In this document: positions 27,147 to 40,255 of the stretch, piece by piece
Numbering within the stretch: the stretch's first letter is position 1
How the letters are laid out: every line of letters begins with the position of its first letter
NCBI RefSeq assembly: GCF_018977255.1
Contig: NW_024704742.1
Span: 56,670,001 to 56,734,000, forward strand
Length of the DNA: 64,000 nucleotides
Source: Callorhinchus milii
Lineage: Eukaryota
Reading direction: 5' to 3'
Made by a program: the position numbers and the translations under genes
The notes under the pieces: generated by a model
Databases searched by the model: none
What the model saw: the letters and a program-made list of their open reading frames with translations, nothing else
What the model was told of the DNA's origin: nothing

Positions 27147-27420
27147 TATTTCTCTTTGACCGTGCCTTCAGCTCCCCTCTCGACTCTCTTCCCCCTCCTC
27201 GCTCCCTCCCTTCCCTCCCCTCACCCTGACCATTTCCCCCTCCTTGCTCCCTCCCTTCCCTCACCCTGACCATTTCCCCCCTCCTCGCTCCCTCCCTTCC
27301 CTCCCCTCACCCTGACCATTTCCCCCTGCTCGGGTCATGACCCAACTGTGCAGCGCCTTGGGACGTCCTCCTGACGTGAAAGGCGCTTTATAAATGGAAT
27401 CTTGTTGTTGTTGTTGTTGT
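27147..27420 (+). mobile_element. L2 3' end with tandemly duplicated 3' UTR segment
   Basis: tctttgaccgtgccttcagctcc; cctcaccctgaccatttccccc occurs three times; stem-loop and (TTG)n tail. Confidence 0.88.
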
Positions 27421-29924
27421 TTATTCTGGTACAGTTTCACAGATTTCATTTGCAAGTGAATCATTGACTTGAGGATGGGAGGGGAGCGAAGGGAAATGGC
27501 ATCACAGACAAACGTGTCATCACCGAGCCTCCTTTTTTTTTTGGCAGAGTGGTTGTCTTGACACATGCGGAAGCCCATCACTATGGTTTTGAATATCTAA
27601 ACCACACAGCAAGTTCCATGTATTATTCCATTGTCTTATTCATCTAATTTAATTAGACACTGCAACTTCATGCAGCTATTGGAATACTTTCACAAAAAAT
27701 CATTTGCAGTATGATGCACCTGCCTAAAAACATATTGAGCCTTAACTTAAAAGGTAACTATCCAATAATAATCATTGCTTTTGATACAGAGCTGAAATAT
27801 CTCAAAGCACTTCGCTGTACTGTAAAGTGGTGTGACTGTATGTTTCTTGTGGATGATGCGGCAGCCAATGAAATAAATAATTTAGCTAACTTACAGGAGT
27901 TTAATAATTGTTAATACATTCAACTGTGTTCTTCTTGATTACGTTTGGCAAGGGTTGCCAACCTTATGTACACGGCTAAATCTTGCATATTATCAGGGAT
28001 GTGTATTTTGCGTGCAAGATCTGTGTTGGGGTCGGTCCTGAGCCTAGCTACCTGAAAGAGAATAAGGCAAGGTTGTCCACTTTTGCTCATTTTACCCAAT
28101 CTGATTACCAATTATGTTATCTGCAATGATAGCAAGGTCCCATTAGGCTTGTAGCATATAAGATGTGTGTCCAAACTGTTCAACTTCAAGGCTTGTGGCT
28201 CCTGAACACACATTCCTTTCAAGACTTGCAAAGTCCAAGACCAAGCAGTTAGATGGATTTGTAATAAGAGCTGCAGGAAGAACAGTGCTGGTATATACTA
28301 ACCTGTTGCTCTGCAGCTTGGAGGTATGTCTCTTGCCAAGGCCCCTCACATGAGTCCCTGGATAAAACTAGAAGTAACAGTTGCTAGACCTTGGACCTCT
28401 AGAACACATGATACATGGCATTCAACTTGAACCTCCAGAACATCAAGATTGTTGGCAACTCACAATTTATCGAATACCGTACAAGCCCTTCCACCACGCT
28501 GAAGTCAGATATTCATCAAATAGCTGAGGAAGAACCCCTGAACCTTTGAACAATGACTGTTGAAAGGCATTACCTGAAGTCCTGCTTGATCAGTTCAAGC
28601 TCATATCCAGGGCTTGATACCTACCTTGATTGGTACGAAAGTAAACTTTACATTTACAACTGGTGGAACCAGTTCATTTGGTCTGTGAATAGGAATGTGT
28701 GTCTGAGCTCTGGGCAGGAACATCAATAGCAATTTTTAAGATAAGCTTCACTGTCCACAGTATGACTTGTGAACAGTTCCTGGTATATTATCTACCAACT
28801 GAAGACTCTAAACTGTGCTTGTCAGATGTCCGATGACTATTTAGTGACTATCCTTGTAAACCAAAGCACTTATGGGTGGTTGTCGTTGGACAAGTAGTGT
28901 GAAGCTTGTCAGTGTTCACAATGATTTTAGTGTGATTTAGCTGGTTAAACTCCAGCAATATCTTCATGGACACACTGGATTCTCCAGACTCAACTGGGCG
29001 GTTGGCAAAAGACGGCATCTCTCCAGCTGGAGAGAAAGCAAGACTGAAACAAGTTACCTCAACCATTCTCATGCATCTCTCAGCACCAATGCACAATGGA
29101 CTTGATAGATTGCCTGTTTCCCCTTTAATCTACAGGGTTCTAGGGTAAAATGGGAATTCCTATATTTTCCCAATTCCCAATGCAAATATCAAAATGGGAA
29201 GCAAATGGTGGGGGAGATATTCTTTTTATTAGGTTTAAGTACATTGACCAATGGTGAGACAAGAGAATGAAACGGAAAAATACTCCTAACTCAATTCAAA
29301 ATAGTACCAGGAATATATGTATTTCTTCTCCTTGCAGCAGGCTGTAGGCAAGGCAATTTTTAACTAAAAAATTATGCTGACACCTGAGTTTTGTTGTTTG
29401 CTACAGGAAGGCTAAAGGCAGACAACCAGGACAGGCCTAGACATTGCAGCAAGGGCAGGGGAGAGGCACTGCAGTGAGAGCAAGGGAATGACAGTGCAGC
29501 AGAGGGGAGGGCAAGAGAAATGGAAAGAGTCCAAATTGAGAACAAAGGAAGGAAGACTTGGATGTGAGACAGGGAAGAGAGAAAATGAAGATAAAAGGAA
29601 GCCCTGTAAGGTGTTTTGAAACATTTTGATGTAGGCACTGTAACAAATGTAAGGATATTGTAATAGATTGAAATAGAAGAAAAGAAAGCAAACTATAGGA
29701 TCTGCTAAGTGGTGATTTCTAATTGATTTCTGTAAGAAAACCTAGTTGGGACACCTGGTGTAACTGGAGGTAAGTTATGAAGGCTAGCTGAGCATAGATG
29801 ATGTTGGAGCAGAGCTCCTACCAGTTAGTGTAACGTACTTCCTGGTTTCTAACTTCATAGGTCCCATTACAAATCACTGCATGTTTGATCCCAGAATCAA
29901 CAAAAGCAAATTAGAAGCAATTCT

Positions 29925-30325
29925 GGATGTATGGCAGCACTCTTGCCTCTGAGTCAGAAGGATGCGGGTTCAAGCCCCATGTCAGGACTTTGCACTCACA
30001 ATCTAGGCTGACACACCAGTGCAACACTGGGGAACTGCTGCAATGTTGGAGGTGCCGACCTTCAGATAAGATGTTAAGCCAAGCTCCCGTCTGCCTGTTC
30101 AGGTAAATGTTAAAGATCCCGTGGCACTTTTGAAACAGAGAGAATGGAGTTTACAAGTCAAATAATCCCCCAGAATCAAATTGATCATTTTATTTACATG
30201 ATTACATTGCAGTGAGCTTGTTGATCGCCACGTTCACCTACAATTAGACAATCTCGTTACTCCTGTGAAGCACTTTGAAGCTTCTCAGTGACATAAGATG
30301 TAATTTCAAATGCAAGGATTATTAC
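29925..30325 (+). mobile_element. DeuSINE (SacSINE1-like)
   Basis: gcactcttgcctctgagtcagaaggatgcgggttcaagcccc; ggaggtgccgaccttcagataagatgttaagcc..aaagatcccgtggcac; tcaaatgcaaggattatt. Confidence 0.82.
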
Positions 30326-30494
30326 ATCGTCAGAATATTCAAGCAGCAATGGGAGAACAACAAAAAACAAGAGCGGTTTACATATTTTTAATCAAGTATT
30401 TGCAGTGAAATAAATTGCAAAACCAGGAAACATGAGTGGTAAAAACAGGGGAGGGGTGGAGAAGTGCTTGAATGCTTACATAATATATGTATGG

Positions 30495-30630
30495 TAATAA
30501 TCCTTGCGCTTGATAAAGCGCCTTTCACATCAGAAGGGTGTCTCAAAATGCTTCACAGGATTTTTACTGTAAAGTGCAGTGACCATGTATCTTGAAGGCG
30601 GACATGGCAGCCAATTTGCTCACAGCAGAG
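30495..30630 (-). mobile_element. SINE 3' fragment
   Basis: taataatccttgcgcttgataaagcgcctttcac..ggcagccaatttgc. Confidence 0.7.
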
Positions 30631-33600
30631 GTAAAGTCTGAAATGATGGGGGAGTTTTCCAAGCAACAGAATTGTGCATTTTGCGGGAAATTAATGGATC
30701 AAGTAGAAAATAAAAACAGGTATATCTGTGCAACGGAAAATGATTACGTGAAAAATAAACATGTTTGTTTGAGCCAAGGACATTGCATTGCTGAATAAAC
30801 TACTTTTAGATTTTAGTAAAACCCACTGGACTAACACTTGCTGAGTGAGTTTTAAAGATCTGGGTCAGTCGGCACAATGTGATTACGTCTCTGGGGATCT
30901 GTAAGGTTATAAGGAGAGTTTTTCACATGACTTGTTCCATGCAGTTCTCACTGACAATAGTGGTTTTCTTTCAGTCTTGGTAAGTGGTGCAATTTGCAAA
31001 GTGGAGGTATTTGGCATGGCTGTATTTGTATTTAAGAGGAGTGCTCACATGCTTGCAAGGATTACCAAACTCGTTCTATGTATATCTCCGACGATTAACG
31101 ATCTTAGTTGCTGGTGCTTTATTCAGTTGCTGCACGCAGTTCAGGAACTTTTTTTTATAAACTTCTAGTAGGTCCAAGTGACAGATCAGCAATGTCAACA
31201 CTTTTGAGCTGTATGTGTTTTAAAATAGGACTTTACGGAATTGAAATATCATTTCCAGAATTAAATTAGCTGCTCCCGTAAATCTCAAAAGGGTCTGCTG
31301 TTAACAAGTAGCGTGACTTGGGCATGTGAAGCATTCTTTGGAGGCTCTTTTTAGAATGTATTTTTGTATACTTGAGGAAAGCTTGCTGGTCAAACTACTC
31401 TATTGTGTTTGCTGTTGGGGTTACAAAGTGAGTGAGGAACTATGTTTCATTGAGGCTTCAGCCACGAAAGCTGCATGATGAGAAGGAGAGTTTGAAAAGT
31501 CAAGTCAATAGATATTACAAGTTTACCGTGAAAAGTAAACTGGAGAAGACATTCTTCTGATAAGATTTTTTTAAAAATGTTCTTCATATGATGTTGATGT
31601 CATTTTTTTTTTGTATTTTGTGTCTCCACACCCCCCTCCCCTCCCCTTCCCCTCCAGACACCCCACTTAGTATATACAGCTCTGAAACTTCAGAGGTTCT
31701 GAAGCTTCAGAGCTGTATAAACTGTACATAAAAGCTGATGACTTTTTTTTATTGACTTTGCAATTCATATGTTTGTTTTCAGTTTGTTGATTTTTTTAAA
31801 CCAACCATATTTCTGCAATTGTAACTTTTTGTATTCAAGTAAATGTTTCTGTAATATAGAAAGTTAGTGCGTATGAACTGATTATACTGTATATGTAGGT
31901 ATGGTTGATTGGGGAGGGATGCATATCTTCCACCACCATCCTCCCTAATCCCAGCTCACATGTAAATCCTTGACTGTCCAGTGCCTTGGGAAGTTCTCCC
32001 AACGTGAAAGGCACTATGCAAATGTAATTTGTTGTTGTTTAATTTGAGAACTTCCAAATGTTGCATTTCCTACTTTCCATTTCTTACACAGAACAGGTCA
32101 GTAATGTGCAGTAGGATCAGATGAAGAAAGTCATTTTTAAAACACCTTTGAATCTTTTAAATATGAACTAACATAGAAAAGCAGCAGAAGAAATTGTAAT
32201 GGGAATAAATATTTCCCTACAAACAAAAGTACTGTATTGTGGAATACATAACAAGTATATTATCCATGCACAAGTCTGTTCTGTTGGTGCTATTTCTGTT
32301 GATGGGCATTTAAAATAGGGTTGTGAATGGAGCTTTTTGCAGCTTGATTATATCTTAATGGGAAAGACCTCCGTTTAAAAAAAAGGTAGACACAGCCTTT
32401 TTATATTTTCACCTAATTGTACTGAAAGAAATACCTCCCAAAGGACTAGAGGAATTCAGGGCTGCTCACAAATGTTGCTCTGTGCTCCTGAAAAACAAAC
32501 AGCAACAGTATGTACAGCTCAGCACAAGGTAACAGTATGCCTTTTATCAATGTGCTGAATGTGGTGTCAGATTTTAGTGAACAAAAAATAAGCTCTTGAA
32601 CCATTATTTACATAACTGGATTCTGAGGATTCAATTTTTTTCAAAAAAGGCTTGTGCTTTTTCCACGGCAAGACATACAATGAAATGTTTCACTATACCT
32701 AAAATGTAGCTGATGATAATTGAACCAAAAAAAACGCGTTTCTAAGAATGTGATCAGGGTGATAAATACTTTGTGACTCAATTTTTTTTGTAGTAGAAAG
32801 GCTTAATAATATCCAGTTATGTGTATTAATGCATGGGCAGTTCTAACACAGTATGCTATCAATAGCTCTGTAAAGTGCTATGATTGCCAGCTCAGTGGGG
32901 CCCAGCTTTACTGGTTCTATTTACAATTTCTATCGACACTAAAAAATCCCTGTCTCCTGAAAAATAACTTTTTTTTTCCTCCTGTGTTTTCCCTTTCTGC
33001 CTTTATCCACTTAGTTTTTCCAGAAGCTATTTTACTTTCCCCTGTTTCCCTTTTGTTCCTTTCTTTCCATTTTTGGTTTTGATTGCTTCATATACAGTGT
33101 ACCTTTTGAACAATTTGATCTAAACTACAACATGATTCTTTCACAAGAGAGTAAGCAAATGGACCATTTGGTCAATTGAGCCCATTCCTTCGGATGGACC
33201 TTGTAAAGTTGGTAACATCATTATATATTCCACTGAACCTCCATTTAACAGTCATACCCTTGCTCCTCTTTCCTTACTTGGCATTCACCACTGTTCCTGA
33301 GATACCCTTTGAGACTTTATCCTATGTGAAAGGTGGTGTGTAAATTGTTGTTGATGTTAATCCCCTGAAGGATTATTCAATAATAAATTTGTTTGATTTT
33401 CTACATATTGCACGGTAGTTTGAAGCCGCATGCATGCAGTACTACACATGGCATTCTTTACTGTGGAATGATATAGTTTTTGAGTGGGTCTGCCAACTCT
33501 TCCACTTCATCAAGTAATAGTCCATTCAGCTTTCATACCTTAATTATTATTGAAGAGGAGAACTGAATCAGCAAGCTGTATCTTCTTTCTACGCCCTTCC

Positions 33601-34869
33601 TAATTTATTACAGATAATACTCAACTCTAAGTTGAAATAAACATTAGTGATGCGCAATAGAGAACCATGGAATTGCTGTTTCATTTTCTGTAACTCACAA
33701 AAAATATACAAGTGATTTACTAAATTTCTGTAGTAGAATGAATAGTCCATTATTACTCACTGAGCAGTCCCTTTCAAAGTTTTTTTTTGGGTCAATGGGG
33801 TTTATGACACATGGGGAAACCCATCACCATGCTTAAAAGTATCCAAACTAAAATGAAAGTTCTGTGCATCCCATCTATACTTGGAAATTCCAGAGATATT
33901 TATTGGAATGGAATGTGCACTCTTTCCCTGAAGAGACGTGGACAGTATTAAGTAAGTAGAATGTGTCCCTCCAAGGAGAGAGTGTGCACTCCACTCAATT
34001 TTTATATTGGATCTTGGAATGAATTTTTTTATAATGTTGTACGCTGCTTCGATCAATTAGAGTGTTGCTGGAGCCGGTGGTGTTCAAGTGGCCTTTGGTT
34101 GAAAACTGCGCAACCACAATGATGTAATTATTAAAATAGAGCTGGTGATTCATAAAGGAATTATTTGTCCATTCTAAAAAGTCAGGGGAATTCGGAGCCT
34201 AATTTATTATTGCAGTCCTAACATTATTTATTATTATTATAATTCTAAATTTTATAAGTTACTTTTTTTAAATTGTTGGTTGAAAATGCAACATTTCGTA
34301 ACTGATTTTGTTGGTCTGTAGTGATATATATTGAATATATTATCAAATGTCACCTGTTTAATCCTACCTGGGTTAAACAGAGTTCCAGGATGCTACCCCG
34401 CGTGAAAGGCGCTATATGAATTCAAGTTGTCATTGCCCACAGTTTAGCTTCTTTAAGCTACTCTGAGAAAACTTCTTTGATATCAGGAATAGTAATATTA
34501 CAAGGTGCAATGTGAGATATCAAAATGTTACTCCATGTCAAGGTCCAGGCTGGCCTGAAATAAATTGAAAAGATGTTGTGATTAATACAGTTGCTAGATA
34601 ATATTTCAACATAAGTGAGCACAACCAGATAAGGTATGAGTGGCAAAGGAATAATCTAATTTGCCTCTCATGTTTGTGGTCTGCATTGTCAGAAAATCTG
34701 ATACTGGCCAGAATCTCTACATTCCCTTTGTAGAGAGCAATTCAAAGTTTAAATAATTAAACTGCAGTCATGCAGTCGCTAGCTGGTACAGCAAACATGC
34801 TTAATTTTATTAAAATATGAATTTAATGTACCTGTTGTTTCTGCTCATTGATGTACGCCTCTTTGGTCG

Positions 34870-35190
34870 TAGTCTAGCCTTCTCTTGCTGGGTGAAGCTC
34901 CAGAGCCGCTGGTTGCTCTCTGGTACACTGTTCAAGTGGCCATTGTTTACATAGGAACCTTGGCAGAGTGTTGCCGATCTCTTAGACTCTAGAGGACATC
35001 ACAGCTGAGCCTTCTTCCCACTCGGCCACCCTACAAATACACACCCAATAGAGGCCACTGGAGCAGACTGCTCACGTTTCCCCTTCACCCATCCCGCTCC
35101 TCAACTCTGGATAGTCCAGGGCCAATTTGACCTTCCTATGTAGCCACAGTTGAGACCAGCATACTCAGCGCAGACAGGATTTGAACCTTG
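34870..35190 (-). mobile_element. Ancient SINE-like repeat, family unnamed (related pieces at ~43060-43545 and ~56125-56260)
   Basis: Shared motifs ggcagagtg/ggcaggctg, ggccaatt, gagaccagc/gagatca(a)gc..actcagc, and a B-box-like ggatttgaacc at the end. Confidence 0.4.
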
Positions 35191-36980
35191 CCTGTTGGCT
35201 GCAGCTTTACCCATGAAACAGTCAGACATTTTTCTTGGCTACTACCTGTGGTGTGTTTGTTCATTTACTTCTAATTTTGAAGCACACAGTTAACCCTGGG
35301 TGGGGGTGGGGCAGGACCACAGCTGTGAACACAGTGAATGACTGAGTACCTAACATACTTGGCACAGACCCAAATAGCCCCTAACTAGTCTTATCTCTAA
35401 TGCCAGTCATCACCACCACACTGCAGGACTATTCAAGTGATAGCTCTGGGATGCTTTTTTCTTGAACTCAGTCCCAGAACCCACAAATACATTGTTTGGT
35501 AAAAGAATAAAATACAGCTGCATGATGCAGATTTTTGCATTGCAATTCAATCCAAGGAAGCATTTCTCTGCACTGTCTTTGGGAATAAAAAAAAGTAACA
35601 TTTCATAATCAATTCAGACCAAATTGTTTACACAAGTGAAAGTGGGGGAGTTCAGATTTCTAACTAGACTTCTGAAATTGATGGTTCATGATTCATTTAG
35701 TATGTTGTATTTGTCACCCCAATGTTCTATGGCTGAGGTTTACAAGGAAAGTGAGGGAGTTTACAAGGAAAATTTGTGCTTGTATTGATTTTCCACTCGT
35801 CTCTTTTTATACATGAAGCCAGTTTTGATGTTCTTGGTGTACTATGAAATAGAAGGATTACACTGTCTGTCTGAAATACTAGTTTGTATGCACATAATCC
35901 CAAAACAATAAGAGCTAAATTGTCCAGCGATCAGTATACAGTCAGTTTGCAAAATCTGGACAGTTATACACATGTCACAGGAGAGATAGCAAGGATACTT
36001 TCTTTAAATCACAATGAAAATTGTATGACTGCTAGTCTGAGGAATGGTGTAGTCCGTGGATCTGGTAGTTGTAAAGACTCCCAACAACGTCTAAGCACAG
36101 CATCTAATCTGTGCACTATATGATGTAACTTTCTTTATATGGCACATACCAGCATTCCATGTAAAGATAGCAATGTTGTCTGAATACTGACGTGTGATAA
36201 GACTTGGCGAGGTGACTTTCAGACCAATAAGTGTTTTGGAGACTGTGTTGTAGAGATGCCTTTAAATGACTTTCCATCAGCTCTGGCATCTGCCCTTCAG
36301 TCCTAGCTCCAGACCCACATGGGCCGAACAGGGAGATCTATGGATTGTCCAGAACGCTTATGGAAATAATGTAGATAAATAGCAATTCATTAGGTAGAGA
36401 GGTCCACCAGAGGAAGGATTGATTGGGCCTGACTCATTCACTAAACACCACTGTAAAAAAGGATTTAAAGAATACCATTTTCATGAAGAATTATTTTCCG
36501 ACTAATTTATAGAATCCGGGAAAGTTTACACACTGCAGAGGAGGCCGTTCGTCCCATCATGTCTCTGCTGGTTCTCACTCCCTCACTGGAGCTATCTGTC
36601 ATTCCTTTTTCCCTTCTCTTTCGCTGTCCCCTTCAGTAATATTGTTTAAGTCTTTATCCAATTCCCATTTAATGCTGCTTCTACTCAGCTAGAACAGACA
36701 TTTGTGGTAAGATATTCCAAAATCTAATCACAAATGTAACAAAAATTCTTTCTCTATTTACCCTATGAAAATCATTCATGATTTAGAAAATCTCTGTTAG
36801 ATCTCTCGTTAACCTTCTCTATTCCAACGTTTAAAGTCTCCCTATTCCCTCTCATGCATGATGTTTGTGCTGGTGAATCTCCACTTCACCTGCTCCAATA
36901 TAGTAATGCCATTTATATAACACTAGCTGTACCCGTTGCAGCTACCCTTGCAACAAAAGTATTATTATCTTCTTCCTCTA

Positions 36981-37451
36981 TCTTATACTAATAAAGATGA
37001 AATGTCTGTTGTGTGTGTCTGCCAAGAATGCAATAACTGCCGAGAGTCTCCCCCTCCCCCCGCCCCCCCCCCACCCCGCCGAGAGTCTCCCCCGTCCCCA
37101 CCCCCCGGCCGAGAGTCTCCCCCCAACCCCCCGGCCGAGAGTCTCTCCCCCACCCCCGCTGAGAGTCTCCCCCCACCCCCTACCCCCCAGCCGAGAGTCT
37201 CCCCCCCACCCCCACCACCAAGAGTCCTCCCGCAGGAGTCCTCCCAACAGTAGTCCGCCTGACTGAGTCCTCCCAACAGGATTCCTCTAAAAAGGATATG
37301 TGTGCAAATATGTGAGCAAGAGATGATAGCGAGTTGAATAGCATATTTTCATCATCTTTCTGGATAAAGATGTCTAAGAAATGGCAGACCAAAGAGAGAA
37401 GGCCGATTAAATGAAACTGGTTGCAAACGTAGCTCCAACAGATATAGCTAG
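36981..37451 (+). mobile_element. Non-autonomous Helitron-like element (inner, inverted copy)
   Basis: A|TCTTATACTAATAAAG...GTTGCA-aacgtagc-TCCAAC-agatatag-CTAG|T; 5' ~55 nt homologous to the outer copy. Confidence 0.75.
37039..37285. repeat. C-rich minisatellite, core ccgagagtctccccc
   Basis: Six (gc)cgagagtctc-Cn units with variable C-run spacers, followed by degenerate gagtcctccc units. Confidence 0.9.
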
Positions 37452-39884
37452 TACTTTATATTATTATACTTTATATTATATTGTACTTTGTATAAGACAT
37501 TATAAATCATGTCTCTACATTGATCAATTATTACATTATTGGCAGACAGACAGATGTGTCTCTCTAAAAGGGTGTGTGATTTCCTCCTTTGTTGCAGAAT
37601 ACCTCATATTTTGGGCTTAATTAAAACATTTAAATATAACTCATCAACAATAGGAGATCCCCAGAAAGAAATATGCCCATGGCACTCCCCATGCAAGACC
37701 TTTCCGATGAGGTATAAATCATGTCTCTACGTCCATTGGTTATTGCGTTATTGGAAGACAGACAAACATACAAACATTTTGTCTTTATTCGTATAGAAGG
37801 TCCCCAAAAACTACACAGTAGACAGGCTATGATCTGACTAACTTTTAACATCTCCCTCCCTGCCTTGCATGTAATCATATCACAACACATGTAGCAGGAT
37901 TATGATGAAAATGACAAACAACAACAACTTGAATTTGCATAGTGCTCTTCACGCGGGTAGCATCCCGAGCGCTTCAGAGTGGCGGAGTCTGACATACCCC
38001 TCTTCTCTTTCTGCGGACTAAAATGTTTTTAATAAACAGATCAGACCTACTTGATGAAGACTGACATTTAAGGGGGTAGCAGCTCAGATTTCTTTTATCA
38101 TTTTTAAATATTTCGTTAGCATCCAAAGGCAGAAAACTCAGAAAATGTACTGGTTTGGAATCCAAAGAAAAACATTTTTTGTGTGTGTTCTTTTAAGTAT
38201 TTAAATGGGTGCGTTATTAAAGACTTTAGCTATCATGCTTCAAAATTTGGTAGATCTGCTTGAAAATAATTGTTTTTATATGTGTGTGGGTATGTATATA
38301 TAAGTTTTACATATATTGGCAATATGAAAAGTTTTAAAACCAAATATAATCTCTGTTTGTGAACCCATGTTGTATCTGGTGAAAGTAGAGGTTTCTGAAG
38401 TTCTTTTTGTTTCTCTTGGTCGATTGCCCTTATTTTACGGTCTCCCTGGTATTTATACAGCTCCCAATGCATGACCTCTGCGAGAGCATCAGTCATGTTT
38501 CACCTCAGCGTGACCCATCCAACAAGTGCTTAGTACTCTCGAAAGGAAAGGGGATGTGCACAGTTTTGCGAATTCGGCTTTAACAAACAATGGCAGTTTG
38601 AACCGATTAGGCTTTTCCACACAATCATTGAAGTGCTCTATAATGTAATACACTTGCAGTAGGAGTGGGCAAACATAACCTTGCATGGAAGGGTTGTGGG
38701 TACACGGCTCTTATAGTATTTTTAGCCCCTTGCATTGCTGATAATCTCTTCATGCCATTGCATGACCCTGACACTTGCAGCTGTAAAAGCCTTAGTTTGT
38801 GTACCTCAGTGAAGGTGGAGCAGATGCTCTCCATGTCAGAGACAGTGAATTGAGAATGGAGATTTGCTAAATTTATTGCACAGCACCATTCATAGAACAT
38901 GTGCTGTCTCATTCCATTCTCTGGATAAAGAAGAATTTCTTTGAACTTTTACTTGTTGGCACGTAAGTACAGAACAGACTTTTAACCATGTACAAAAAGG
39001 CTAGCACTGCGGTATGGCATTCACAGATCTCTAGTTTTGAAGAATATTGATTATTAATGGATATTAAGTCATCACCTACGCAGTAGTATTTTTCCCACTG
39101 CAGTCTGACCCACACACCCAGGACACATGATTCTTGTAAGTCTTTAAAGAGGATTAAAGGTGTTAATCTTCCAATGAACTGAGTAAGACCTGGCTGCAGA
39201 AAGCACTCCATAACACTGAGCCTATAATTCAAATGGCTGTCTGTGTGCTGGGAAAGTTTCATTTTTGACTGGTAAGTTATTTATTAATCAGTGGTTGAGA
39301 GAAATTATTGTGGGATAATGCCTATAATTTTAAATGGGTTTGACAAAATGTTGCTGTCTGGGTGATATGTTCTACATTTTCAGAAATGTTAAATGAGAAA
39401 GCTTTGGGACGTCCTCCCGACATGAAAGGCGCTATATAAATGTAATTATTTTGTTGTTGTAAATGATAAAGTATATTTATATTTTTATCCCCTCCAACAG
39501 CCCTGCCATATTTACAAACTACAATGCTCTATTTAATTGGGTCATCTGCACAGATCATTTTATCTTGTGACATGCTGGTCACTTCGTAGGGTCAGATATA
39601 GTGTGCAGAATTGATTGTCTCTATTGAGTTGACGTTTATGCTAGAATATTCACCTGTGCATTAGAAGTGGGGAATATCCAGTCAACAAAATGCAAATTTG
39701 TTTTCATACATATTTCTGTAGAAAGAATTTCATCAGGATAAATTGTCTAATGCAAAAAAGAAAATCTTGATGAATGCACGTGATGCTTGATGCAAGGAAC
39801 TCAAAGCTGTTCAATGCTCAGATTGACCAACTATTGTTTTGAGATTTTATGGTTATTATAATGGCAACAAACATATGGTAAATA

Positions 39885-40255
39885 ATATAATCTTGCATTT
39901 TATATAATACCTTATGTCGAAATGTCTCAAAGGATTTCACAGGATTGAGCGTGAAGTGTGCTAAAGACTGTTCATTTGTAGGTGAGGAGAGCGCTGTTTC
40001 ACAAACTTCCATGAAGTTTATGACCAATTTTATTTGGGAGATTGTTGGCAAGGAGACTGGGAGAAACTCCGTTCTCTTTTTGAATAGTGCCATGGGATCT
40101 TTAATATATTCCTGAAAAGGCAGTCGAGATTTGACGACTCCTCTGAGCATGCAGCCCCACCAGCTGCGTTGAAATGCCAGCTCAGACTGTGGGGTTTAAG
40201 TCTTGATGTCGGGCTTGAACTCATAACTTGATTTATAGACAAGAGTAAGCCAAAC
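39885..40255 (-). mobile_element. DeuSINE (SacSINE1-like)
   Basis: tagtgccatgggatctttaat; gggcttgaactcataac; agccaaactg; tail aatcttgcattt. Confidence 0.72.

Larger units (their letters stand above)
36923..37797 (-). mobile_element. Non-autonomous Helitron-like element (outer copy)
   Basis: Minus strand starts TCTATACGAATAAAG and ends GTTGCA-agggtagc-TGCAAC-gggtacag-CTAG|T; no TSD; interrupts the CR1. Confidence 0.75.
36505..37870 (-). mobile_element. Old CR1 LINE 3' fragment, interrupted by the Helitron-like insertion
   Basis: gaggaggccgttcgtcccatc; gtgaatctccacttcacctgctcc..atataaca on the left resumes as aggtccccaaaaactacacagta at 37798. Confidence 0.6.

Noticed and set aside
27951..28441. 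Possible MITE bounded by agggttgccaac / gttggcaactc
   Set aside because: Inverted match is short and imperfect with no TSD visible
37039..37285. CRISPR-like array or proline-rich protein ORFs
   Set aside because: Spacers are C-runs rather than unique sequence, the context is eukaryotic with no cas genes, and the ORFs arise from low complexity
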